Below the pieces are notes generated by a model. That model searched no databases, was not told the origin of the DNA, and was given only the letters and a program-made list of their open reading frames with translations. From Antedon mediterranea (taxonomy: Eukaryota > Animalia > Echinodermata), in contig NC_092675.1 of NCBI RefSeq assembly GCF_964355755.1, positions 23,532,912-23,596,911 on the forward strand: a stretch of 64,000 nt of DNA, read 5' to 3'. Shown piece by piece: positions 52,301-64,000 of this stretch. The translations under genes were made by a program, and so were the position numbers. Numbering within the stretch: position 1 is the stretch's first letter; each line of letters begins with the position of its first letter.

Positions 52301-55300
52301 GACGGTTTTAAAATGAAACGCGAAGGTAGCAATTCCGAAAGTAAATTATCTCAGCAACAACGTATTAGCGTGTAGAAGAAATTTGAATACGTGAAATATT
52401 GATGCGCGCTCTTTTAAATGTAATGAATTATGACGCAAAAGATGAAAATACGACCTTTTTTATTTAACTGGCCATATGATGACGTCACAACATCCGATTG
52501 GCAACATTTTAACATAATTTCGTATCTACAATCCAATAGCTTCCAGAAAAAGTTTTAATCGTGATTATCACATTTTATTCTTACGAGCTATAACAGATTA
52601 AAATTTACTGTAAAGATGAAATTGATGCCACACGTGATTTCAATTTTTAGGCATGATGACGTCATAAAAATTAAAATATTTTTCACTCATGCGAAAGATA
52701 GTTGATTGACCTAGACAATATCAAAATCGGGGTGAAAATGGAAAACGGATAAGTGGAGATGCGCTCTATTCAATGTGATGAGCTATGACGAAAGATACAA
52801 AAATCCTAAATTTTATATTCGCGTGGCCATACGATGACGTCACAATGTCCGGTTAGCCATATTAATACCTGATCCGATATCTACAACTCATCTACTTCCA
52901 GAATATGCCATCCACAAAAAGTTGACCGTTTAGTTTAGAAATTACGACTGTTTAAAAAAAGGCATATTTTAAACGAATTTTTTAACCTTTTCATAAAAAA
53001 CGCGCGCAAATTGTCCAATTCGACGTGCTCGTATGACGTATCTTTAAGTCGAAATTGTTAAAAATTTGGTAAAATTACATGAAAAGGCTGGAAAAACATA
53101 AATCACGCGAAAAAAATACGTTTTCAATGCTACGTGCGCACCGCACACGTAAAAATGTGCGCACGCGTGGGAATTTTTTACATGCTTAAAACGACATGAA
53201 ACGCGTAGAAAGTTGATTATAAATTAGTTTCGCGCATTTTGAAATTTTAAATGCGCGTGCGCGCGTAACTTTGTGTAAAACACGCAATTTTTTTTCAACA
53301 GAAAGTTAGCGCATGATATAAATTAAACTTTTGCAAAGTTTCAAGTTGAAATGTTATTTGGTTTTCGACATATGTTCAATACGAGAAAATCGTTAAATCG
53401 CGCGTACGTCACTTTGCGCAATTGTAAACATCATGAAAAGCTTCGCTTGACGACGTTACATAAATGTCAAAATGTTAACATAGTTAACAAAATGTTATGT
53501 TTGCAAGTTTCAGAGAAAAGCGTTACACAAAAATCATACAGAAAGAAAGAAGAAGAATAAAAAGTTGATGATGATGATGATTTCGTACAATCACAAGAGG
53601 TTATCCTGCAACTTCGTTGCGGATAACCAATAACTAGACATGTAACTCGTCACTTTGACGAGTTAGTTATCCGCACGACAAACGCCACGTGCACGTCATA
53701 CGTTAGAATATTGCACACAGAAAAAATTATGGCATTATGACCTGATCTGAAGAATATGATATGTTGTTAGTGCTGAATTCTGTCAATTTTGTGTCATATA
53801 GTATATACATGCAAACAGTATAATCTGTATACATGTTACATACAGTGTAGAATAGGTGAAATTACGGGACCCGCCATTTATTCAAATTTGTAAAAACATG
53901 GCGACGGTATCAAGATGAAACACTAAGATAGCAATTTCGGAAGCAAATTATCTCAGCAACAACATATTAACGTGTAGAAGAAATTTGAATACGTTTAATA
54001 TTGATGCGCGCTCTTTTAAATATAATGAACTATGATGCAAAAGATGAAAATACGACTTTTTTTATTTAACTTGCAATATGATGACGTCACAGCATCTGAT
54101 TGGCAAAATGTTCACATGATTTCATATCTACAATCCAAGAGCTTCCAGAAAATGTTTTAATCGTGATTATCACATTTTATTTTGACGGGCTATTACAGAT
54201 TAAAATTTACTGTAAAGATGAAATTAATGACCCACGTAATTAAAATTTTTAGGCATGATGACGTCATAAAAATTAAAATATTTTTATCTCATGCGAAAGA
54301 TAGTTGATTGACCTAGACAATATTAAAATCAGTGCTGAATTCTGTCAATTTTGTGTCATATAGTATATACATGCAAACAGTATAATCTGTATACATGTTA
54401 CATACAGTGTAGAATAGGTGAAATTACGGGACCCGCCATTTATTCAAATTTGTAAAAACATGGCGACGGTATCAAGATGAAACACTAAGATAGCAATTTC
54501 GGAAGCAAATTATCTCAGCAACAACATATTAACGTGTAGAAGAAATTTGAATACGTTTAATATTGATGCGCGCTCTTTTAAATATAATGAACTATGATGC
54601 AAAAGATGAAAATACGACTTTTTTTATTTAACTTGCAATATGATGACGTCACAGCATCTGATTGGCAAAATGTTCACATGATTTCATATCTACAATCCAA
54701 GAGCTTCCAGAAAATGTTTTAATCGTGATTATCACATTTTATTTTGACGGGCTATTACAGATTAAAATTTACTGTAAAGATGAAATTAATGACCCACGTA
54801 ATTAAAATTTTTAGGCATGATGACGTCATAAAAATTAAAATATTTTTATCTCATGCGAAAGATAGTTGATTGACCTAGACAATATTAAAATCTCGGAGAA
54901 AAAGAAATACGTATAAGCGTGATGCGCTCCATTGAATGTGATGAGCAATAACGAAAGACAAAAAAATCCTATATTTTACATTCGTGTGGCCATATGATGA
55001 CGTCACAACATCCGTGAGGTAAAAATTCTGCATGAATTCATATCTACAACATATCTGCTTACATATTAAGTTAAAAAAATTAGGGGTAATCGTTGATCTT
55101 GAGAAGCTATAAAACATTCAAAATAGGCATAATTTTGACAACATTTTGTAACTTTTTCAACTAAAACGCGCGCAAATGGGCTAAATCAACGTGTTCGTAT
55201 GACGTCATTTTAATTTGAAATGATGTCAATCTTTTTGAAAATGACTAGGAAAGGCTGGAAAATCACAATTCAAGAGAAAAAAACATGATTTTCATGCTCT

Positions 55301-56016
55301 ATGCGCACCGTGCGCGTAATATTTTTCGCGCGCGCGGTAATTTTGTACATGCTTAAAATGACATGAAACGCGTAGAAAGTTGATTAGAAATTATTTTTGC
55401 GCATTTTGAAATTTTAAATGCGCGTGCGCGCGTAACTTTGTGTAAAACACGCAATTTTTTTCAAACAGAAAGTTAGCGCATGATATAAATTAAACTTTCA
55501 CAAAGTGTCAAATAAAAATCACTTTTAGTTTTTAATCTATGATCAATCATAAAAAATCATAAAATCGCGCGTAAGTCACGTTACGCAACTCTGACGTAAT
55601 TCAAAAATAGGAGGTGCAGAACTTCACGTAAATGCCCACATGTTGTCAAAGTTATAAAATGTTATGTTTACAAATTTTAGAGAAACGCTCTACACAAAAA
55701 TAGCGAGAAAGAAAGAAGAATAATACAGAAAAAAATATTGATCCCATACAATAACAAGGAGTTATCCGCCAAGTGCGGATAACTAAAAAGTTGATGATGA
55801 TGATGATGATGATGATGATTTCGTACAATCACAAGAGGTTATCCTGCAACTTCGTTGCGGATAACCAATAATACAGAAAAAAAATGTTGATCTCGTACAA
55901 TAACAAGGAGTTATCCGCTTGGTATACCAAGCGGATAACTAATAATACAGAAAAAAACTGTTGATCTCATACAATCACAAGGAGTTATCCGCTTGGTATA
56001 CCAAGCGGATAACTAA
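34304..56016 (-). mobile_element. Array/nest of 13 non-autonomous Helentron-like elements (HINE family 1), 1.1-2.2 kb each, all same orientation
   Basis: Element 3' ends (minus strand GCGGATAAC(T/C)..AACTCGTCA-AAG-TGACGAGTT hairpin..CTAG-T) at about 34304, 35827, 37626, 39215, 40358, 41934, 43486, 45014, 47394 (CTAG missing), 48899, 50496, 52031, 53632. Thirteen 5' ends (TT-(A/G)GTTATCC..loop..GGATAAC) end at about 39136, 39203, 41935, 47168, 47247, 47324, 47394, 50497, 53630, 55786, 55868, 55942, 56016. No TSD and no coding capacity. Confidence 0.88.
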
Positions 56017-56184
56017 TTATAGATGAAATACTTGCAACAAAATATTAAACTAAATAATATGAAATACATTCATGAAAGCTAATAATATACTTTAATGTAT
56101 TATATATTTCGTTAAAAACTTAATTGTTAAGAATTGACGCTGATTATCTCATTTCGCGCTTGTCGTATCATTTTGGGCAGTGGT

Positions 56185-56640
56185 TATTCCACCTACTGAT
56201 GCCTTGGTCGAACTGCGTACATTAATTGATAGACGTCGAGAACTGTGTAGGCCTACCGTACCTTATTTGCCAACCAAAAATCTAGATTCTTCTAGACTGC
56301 ATGCTTTTTTATCTTACAACCCTTCTCCTTATAATATTAGGCATACACGTTTTTTTCAAACTCAATATGATACCAAACGCCATTTTTTCAGTCCTGTTCC
56401 TTTTTGATTAGACTTTTAAATGAATGAATAACTTGTAATTTTTTGCCTTTTATGTAGTTTTAATTTTTCTTCATACATGTTTTTGATGTTCTCTTTGTTT
56501 TATGACCTTTTTCTCAGTTTTTTGTATAACCTTTAAAAGTAATTTTAACCAATTTTTTACATATTTTGTAAATTAAAACGCAATTCAGCAAGTTTGCTAC
56601 CATGTTTTAATCTTTTGTGTTTTGTTTTATGAATAAATAC
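56185..56640 (+). mobile_element. Decayed 3' end of a CR1/L2-group LINE
   Basis: DALVELRTLIDRRRELC...SSRLHAFL...PYNIR...TKRHFFSPVPF then, by frameshift, LIRLLN; T-rich 3' UTR and AATAAA. Confidence 0.6.
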
Positions 56641-57845
56641 CAATGAATAAATTCGGTTATACTCCTGCTACTAGCCATTGCTCGTCTAATGTGGACGTGT
56701 ACCATTTTATAATGATTTTGAGGTTCGGAATTCCAAACAATAGTACAGTAATATAGTACAATGCAGTATACACACATCTATAAATAGATATCGCCTACAG
56801 TGTACCCAGAGGTAAAGTATACATAACTTATATTAGAAGATAAAGTTAATAGCCATAAGCCTACTGTACCGTATTCATAATATTAATATTTCAATGCATA
56901 TTTTACTTTTCATTAATTCAAGCAATTAAACAAATTTGCAGAGTCATCGCAAATAATATAGTGTTCACTGTAAAATGAATGTTTGAAACATGCATTAACA
57001 CATGAAAAACAGAATCGAATTGGATGTCAATCATGATTAAATGATCGATTTTAAGAAATTCAATTTTTACTTTATACTTGTTGATTTGACTTGACTTCTT
57101 TTAAGGGCAAACGCGTTTTCAAGCGGGGAAGTTGTCATGGCCAAGTAGGTTGGTTTGTTTGTTGGTTTGTATTACTAATATTCCTCTCCTTGTTGGTCCG
57201 TCTGTTTGTTTGTAATATTTCTGTCCTCGTTGGCGGCGCACGGTTCGGTATGCACGATTTGCATTTCGCAGGTGCTTCTTCGTTAGAGTATTTGCAGCGC
57301 GATATAGGCTGCTTAGACAGAAGGCATTATGATTCCGACCAAAGTGGTTGTGGTTATTTAGATTTATTTCAAGAACAAATAATGCTTCACAATTATATGG
57401 CGATGCGTATTACTACTGAGTAGAATTGTAATTATGTAATAGCCGCTGTCAATTGATTCAGTGCTTCCTTTTCGCTTCCAGTTTGCTTCTGTTTCCGTTC
57501 CGTTTTGATAACGTTGTGGTAACGTTTTGCATGTTTATGGTGATTTCTTGTACTGGTGTTATGCATGATTATGATTAAATTACGAGAAAGAAAGTACTGT
57601 ATACAGTGTTTTGTGTAGTCCTGACTCATTTCTATCCATCACTTAATTTGGTTATCCTGATGGAACATAACCACATTTCATTATGTTGACAATTTGACAA
57701 ATGTTTAGGAAATAATGCTTAATATTAACGTAATTAAAAGATCCTTGAACTGTTCGGAATTTCATTTGTTCAACATGTCATAATGTTATCTTTTGTTACA
57801 GTTCTCTGATGATGGGTAAAACACAATATGTGATTTATCTGTATC

Positions 57846-57964
57846 TTTAGTTGGGTGCGTGCAACGCGACTCTACAGCTCACTATGTCGGTAGGTTGGTC
57901 GGTCGGTCGGTAAACACTAACTCAAATTTGAGCACGCGGCTGCAGCCATGGATATGGCCTTGTT
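57846..57964 (+). mobile_element. Mini-HINE (about 120 bp), internally deleted member of family 2
   Basis: TTTAGT..GCGT..ACGCGACT 5' end, (TCGG)n, GAGCACGCGGCTGCAGCCATGGATATGGCCTTGTT 3' end matching the reverse complement of 19511-19550. Confidence 0.75.
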
Positions 57965-58262
57965 TAAATTTTCCTTCAACAGAATATGTCTTCTATATAT
58001 ACATACACACATTTATGAACAGTTAATTGCGATATTTGTTTTGCCCAATATCGTATAGAATTTTCAAGAAACATCCTAACTCTCATAGTATCGTAAATTA
58101 AAAACTATACATAGCTCAATAAACTGTAGACTGTGCAAATCGATAGGTTGGAGGAAAAAGTGTAAATTTGAAGATAACAAAACCAACAAAGCAAACTAAT
58201 TTCCTTACGTAGCAATTCTCTATAGTGATTATCAGAATGTGTGTGGTATTTGAGAAACCACA

Positions 58263-58610
58263 TTAAAGATGTATTTTCCCCCTCGAAAATATAATTGTTA
58301 AACCGTATTTTTAATGTGTAATTTGAATGTCACCTAATAGTTATCCACTTTGAACAAAAATTGGATCGAAAAAAATGTGTTTACCTAAAAACTGTAGGCC
58401 TAATTTAAAGCAAAAAATATTCAAATTGGCTGGCAGCCAATGAGTTTTTGGTTGAATTTAACTATTTATTTATTTTCGTTTTTTTCTACGGAAGTGATTA
58501 ACTGTAACTGTATTAAAACTACAAATAATCTATTCAAAGTATGATTTTATTAATCTTTATTTTTCAAGTTTTTTTTGGTGGGGGGGGGGGGGGGAGGACA
58601 ATACATCTTA
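58263..58610 (+). mobile_element. TTAA-flanked MITE (Kolobok-like)
   Basis: TTAAAGATGTATTTTCCCC ... GGACAATACATCTTA inverted termini; second copy at 8590-8922. Confidence 0.7.
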
Positions 58611-59982
58611 CATTTTAAATACATTTAGTTTTTGACAGTTTATGCTAGTGTGATATTTGTTACGTTGCATTAACATTCTGGAAAACAAGAGGGCGCAATG
58701 TACACTTTCTAGAATATACAATAACTAATTACAACAACATGTAGGCCTATACTAGTTATTAATGTTTATAGAAAACTAGATATCTTACTGTGTGGTAACT
58801 TTGCAATATAGTAGCAATACGGTAAAACCTTAACATTTTGGTATGAATAGGAATTTTGATATGAAGCAAATAGTGTTGTTTATGTAAACCACGTAAAAAA
58901 CAAGTGTGCACTATGCAAATATTTCTCAATAATTGAACCAATCAAAAGCTGTTATCCTGTATGCAGTAAGGTCAACTGGCATGCGAAGAGAGATGAGATG
59001 TGACAATCCGCGATACCGCGCTAAACATGCAGAGAATGTTATAACTAAAAGTCATATTCACTTATTTTTTAAAGAATAAAATGTGATTGTATCCTTTTGG
59101 CTATTAAACCGTTTGCTTAAGAAAATCTCCGAATATAAATCCTATTATCTTTTTTTTTAGAAAGTAACTTGAACTTCATCACAATGTTGATTATGAACGT
59201 CATCTTCTAAATTTAACGTTTGTTCATACAATGATGAAACAAAATATTAAACTAATACCATACGATTCTCAGTAAAGAAATTAACGTTTTATCAATTCTG
59301 TGTAGGCATTTAATAATAAACAAAATACATGTCTATAAAGATGAACACAACATATCAAAATAACGTCATACGTGTCAATCTAGATAGTTATTGTGCATAA
59401 TTACAATAAAGCAACACTGATTAATATACTAAAAGCATACCATTCAAAACAGAGAGACATTTCGTTAAATCTGTGTATAATATATTATTAAATGAAGCTG
59501 ATCAATAGCGTTCCAAATAGAGGAACGTTATATATGTTATGTATATGTATAAATAATGAACCATCACCTATCCTCTTAATAACCAATGCCATTCTAAATA
59601 AAAGAATGTTTAGTTAAATAATATATAATTGTTATAATGAAAACAAATTGGCATGTTAAAATAAATTATTATATTATAATTATACAATTCCAGATATTGT
59701 TTCGTTCAGGTCTCTGTATTATTTATATACCAATTTGAATCATAGGCCTTATCATTCTAAATTAAGAAATGCCACAAAACATTACAATGAGTAAACACCA
59801 ATATCAAATTAACATTTCAACTATTCGAAAATCGTTTTTAAAGACTGTGTAAGTGTTTTGAATATGAATAACAAAATATGAAATATGAAATTATTATCTT
59901 AATTTTAAAACCTTAAGATATCTAAAAATACACAAAAGTGTAACACGTTATGCTTCCGTTTCTAACGTTTGGAATACCAAGT

Positions 59983-61746
59983 CTATGGTAAAGCACATGC
60001 GCAGTATCCAACAACTGAAGAAAAAAAAAAGGTTAATATTAACAATAAAATCTGATCTAGGCCTACCTGTTATACATTTCTTTTACAATACAATTTTGAA
60101 ATTTCAATTTAATAAAAGACTCATTGATACTGAAAAATAATGTACAGTGTATTGATCAAATTGCATTTTTTAAAGTTATTATTTTCAATAAGTGAACAAA
60201 ATCTCGATTATATACATTGTAGGCCTACCTGTCTTGCAGGTTTGTCCCATGAACCCATGAGGACATTCACAAAAACTGGAATCACCTGCAGTAGTAGCAC
60301 ATGTACCACCATTTAAGCATCCAGAACCACATCCATCATTTTCGTCTGAAAGAATGTATTCAAATACAAGTTTTAACGTTATAATGTATTTTATTGAAGT
60401 TATGATATGTGATATGTTGTTTATATTTCTATATCTAATTAAATACTGAAGATAATAGGCGTATTTTAAAAATAATTTTAATACAATGTTATGAGGACAT
60501 AATCTAATGTTTGTTATGATGAAAATATGATAGTGAATACGGCAAAATAATTATAATAAAGTTATTGTTAAAACATTAATGCTGAAGCTTTTTAAATGCA
60601 ATTTATTAGGCCTATATTACGATACTTGTTATTTAAAATTTGTAAAAAAAAACAACAACAGCCATACTTATTGTAAATGTCCAAAACGATGGATCTTGTA
60701 TTGCTTGTGATTGTGGTTCACACGATCCCATACCTCTCGCTACTCCCGCATCCGTCAAGATATAGTAGGCGTGATTCTCATGTAGCGAAATGTTTCGTGT
60801 TGTAAATTCAACGGAACGACTGACTGTCAAATATGAGACATCTGGACTGGAAGAAACATCAAATGTGTAGACGATGTTGCCATTGGAAACATCATAGAAC
60901 CGAATGAATGTTGGTCTAGTAGGACGCAAAATCTGTCCAAAAATTGTAAAGAAAATTTCAGAAAACAAACAAATCTATGGTGATTGTATTTGTAATGTTG
61001 TGATAGTAGTGGTTAACATTTTCAAAAAGTATGTACAATTACGGACATAAATATAAATACAAATTTAAACAGGTAAGCAGTATAACATTCAAAGCAAAGT
61101 GGTATGTTGTTACTGGTTAAATTATTTAATAATAATAATCTTATAGTCTTATATAACGCCTAATACATTGTTTCTAAACGCTTTACAAACAAAAATAATC
61201 CATAAAATATCCTAAGGAAAAAAAGGAAGATGAAGCAGAGGAACATTTTCAACGCGCTCTTCCCCACTTGAAGCTCGCGTTATATTTATTTGTTTAAGGA
61301 AAGATGTGTCTACCTCACTGGTATTTGGTGGTTGGACGATTGTCTTCAGTTAGGAAAACCATTCTGGCTGACCTCAATTATGTTACAATAGTTACTCAAA
61401 CACAATATATATATGTGGTGAGATATATACAGGATAATAATGTGTACGATAAGGAATATATTACTACATACATCATTGTCAAACGCCATTCGATACACGG
61501 AATGATCCACGAATACTTCTGCTCCTGGTTGAGGTTCCAGAGACGTAATTTTTGGTGCATATGCTGCAAAAAAAAACCAGCATAATTATTAATAGTGAGG
61601 AAGCATGATAAAGATATCAGAGAATACATAACCCATAAAACATTAATGAAGCAATTGTTCTAGAATGTTGTTTATTAATGATTGATTAATTAAAACATAA
61701 CATACCACCAACAGCAAGTGTAATGCAAGTTTGGGGAGACGTCTGA
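59983..61746 (-). CDS. 3' exons of an extracellular protein with a Big_5/SbsA-like Ig domain and a C-terminal EGF domain (5' part beyond the window)
   Basis: Exons 61746-61706 (QTSPQTCITLAVG), 61563-61472 (AYAPKITSLEPQPGAEVFVDHSVYRMAFDND), 60932-60668 (ILRPTRPTFIRFYD...YYILTDAGVARG..C..QSQAIQDPSFWTFTI), 60345-60229 (CGSGCLNGGTC...CECPHGFMGQTC) and 60014-59983 (VVGYCACALP*). All GT-AG and phase-compatible. The last exon is the least certain. Confidence 0.8.
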
Positions 61747-61799
61747 CTGAAACGTAAAATACAAACAAAATAATTACATGAATATTAAAATACAAGGAA

Positions 61800-64000
61800 C
61801 AGTCCATGCCAGCCGACGTGTTTCAGTCGAGCTCTCTAGGCATGACATTTCTCTGAACAATCTACAGTATAGCCCGGGAATTTTGAACGAGTCCGGCCGA
61901 CACAGATAGGCACAAAGGGCACTCCTTGGGCCTAGTTCAAGTGTCCTTCAACCTCGCATTTTTTAAAGCATTGACTAAAATATTTTATAGCATGTTGTTT
62001 GTATAGCTGTCTGTATATTGATGATATTTTTATATGCTTTTCAAGCTGAAATTTTACATGCATTTTTAATCTGAAATTGTTGTGTACGGATTTTAACTGT
62101 ATTTGTATCGTGTTTTTTTGTATGATCTGTTTACGGTACCGTATTGACTCATTTCATAGCCGGTAAGTTTCTTCTAGGAAGATTTTGACTTGATTAGATT
62201 GTTGATTTATCATGGCTACGTTTCGACATACCGGTTTGCCTACTCTATTAGTTATCCTGCTGGCGGTGATAACAAAATGGAATGCCAGGGATGTCCAGAG
62301 AAATTCCAATGTTTTGCGTAAAAGCAGTCCGTTTAAGGAATTCTTCACTAGCCAACATGGAATCACAGCACTTAAATTATGTTCTACGTCATACTTTGAA
62401 AAGGTATATCCACGCAAACACGGTCACGGAGGAAAAACTAAAACACGGGCAATACGACTTGGAGTTTTATTGAGACATTTTGCGTTTATGATTCTTGTTT
62501 TAAGTGGAGATATATCGTCTAACCCTGGACCCACAACTTGTGATCCATGTGGGCTGTGTTCAGGATCTGTGAAATCAAATCAACGAGGTATCTGCTGCGA
62601 TGGATGTGACTCATGGTACCACATTAAATGTGCGAATATCTCTATTAAAGAATACAATCGCCTTGCCAAATCGGATTCGGACTGGCATTGCTACTCATGT
62701 ATGGTACCTAACTTCAGTGATTCATTATTTGAAGATGATACTATTAATATATCTGATGTTTCGTACACGGAGTTGTTAAATGCCAATTTGGAAAACGAGG
62801 ATAGGCTGCTCAACGAGTTAGAATGTAAACTTCTTTGTGGTAAGGGTTTGATATTTATTCACCTTAACGTTAGAAGTTTACGTAACAAAATCGATCAAAT
62901 TCGAGATATTGCAAAAAATACGAACGCATCAGTCATTGCAATAAGTGAGTCGTGGCTCGATGATTCAATCAATGATGCTGAAATAAAAATTGAAAATTTC
63001 TCCATAGAAAGGAACGACAGAAATGGAAAAGGGGGTGGAGTGTGTTTATATATACGCAATACTATTTCATACTCAGTCAGAAATGATTTAGACAGAGAGG
63101 ATATCGAATGCAAATGGATTGATATAATTTTGCCAAAGTCGAAGCCAATTTTAACCGGTGTTTGCTATCGCCCACCAAAACAAGGTACATTTTTTAACTG
63201 TTTAGAAAACCTGCTTATGACTGTTGGAAACTTCATTGCTCAAGAAATTATTATTCTTGGAGACTTTAAATGTTTTAAATTGTAATCGTAACAACTATGA
63301 GTCAGTGACTAACTTCTGTAATACTCTCGGTCTTGAACAACTTATCACTGAACCAACTAGGATCAGTGATAACAATAGCTCAGCAATAGATTTGATCTTT
63401 GCCAGTGATCCTTTAAAAATTAAGGCCAGTGGAGTAATTCCTATTGGACTAAGTGATCACTTTTTAACGTTTTGTAGACGAAAACGGACTAATATCATTT
63501 CTGGCATACACAGAACAATTGATGTTAGATCAATGAAAAATTACAGTTCTGATTCACTGACTCATATGCTTAATAGTATTGACTGGTCAGATTGTATTAG
63601 TTTAACTTGTGTTCAATCTTCATGGGATACATTTAAAGATAAGTTTCTGCGTATAATTGATTCTATTGCTCCTAAAAAAAAAGTTAGGGTTAAAGTAAAA
63701 GATCAACCATGGTTTGACTCCGAATTAAGAGATCTTATTAGGCAAAGAGACAAAATGTTAATTAGATATCGTAGTACAAAGGATGTGATGCATCTCAAGG
63801 GTTTTAGAAAACTCCGAAATAGTGTAAATTATAAAATTAAAAAAGCTAAAGTAAATTTTTATTCTGAACAACTTCAAGAAAATAAATACAAACCAAAACA
63901 ATTATGGAAAGTTCTTAAAGGTCTTGGAACCTCTAAATCAAATAATAATGACAAGAAACAGGTTAGTCTTGAGATCAACAATGAATATGTTCATGATAAG
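61800..64000 (+). mobile_element. CR1/L2/Crack-group LINE, 5' part: hydrophobic leader, 2A-like motif, PHD finger, APE endonuclease; frameshifted; runs off the window
   Basis: ORF 62212-63285: LSGDISSNPGP, PHD CGLC..ICCDGCDSWYHIKC..WHCYSC, endonuclease motifs HLNVRSL, ISESWL, RNDRNGKGGGVCLY, CYRPP, LGDF. Frameshift near 63270, then QLITEPTR, IDLIF, GLSDH, PWF, KPKQLWK. The 5' boundary is approximate; it sits antisense in an intron of the Ig/EGF gene. Confidence 0.9.

Noticed and set aside
34275-55117. Many 60-80 aa ORFs within the array
   Set aside because: Recurrent translations of non-coding repeat sequence; frames are not preserved between units; no Rep/helicase motifs.
55720-56016. CRISPR-like appearance of short palindromic repeats separated by spacers (also 47100-47394)
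   Set aside because: Eukaryotic context, no cas genes, 'spacers' are homologous to one another; these are stacked 5' termini of HINEs.
57091-57629. GC-richer stretch with 110-aa (+) and 65-aa (-) ORFs
   Set aside because: No recognisable domain or consistent splice signals; may be decayed coding or UTR sequence but cannot be supported.

Overview
AT-rich, intron-containing genomic DNA of a bilaterian invertebrate (probably a marine deuterostome such as an echinoderm; inferred from gene structures and repeat content). Five protein-coding genes were reconstructed by hand from splice signals. (1) FKBP12/FKBP1-type PPIase, minus strand, 4 coding exons, last exon off the left edge behind an AT-AC (U12) donor. 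(2) Secreted chloride-dependent GH13 alpha-amylase, plus strand, 5 coding exons, about 712 aa, with a (GGDN)n linker and an extra C-terminal domain like that of Pseudoalteromonas AHA. (3) Tctex1-domain dynein light chain with a single coding exon. (4) TFIIS/TCEA, 9 coding exons, 299 aa, with an AT-AC intron. (5) The 3' part of an Ig-like (Big_5/SbsA-like) + EGF gene on the minus strand. The rest is mobile DNA: Tx1/L1, Rex1/Babar, L2/CR1 LINE pieces, a Deu-type SINE, several MITE families, an 84-bp minisatellite and three families of non-autonomous Helentron-like elements (HINEs). The most striking structure is a 21.7-kb block (34304-56016) of 13 same-orientation HINE bodies and 13 5'-terminal hairpin cassettes. 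These parse largely as a last-in-first-out nest of different subfamilies inserted into each other's 5' ends. A second notable signal is a recurrent TA->TAGGCCTA micro-insertion, visible as filled/empty pairs in repeat copies.
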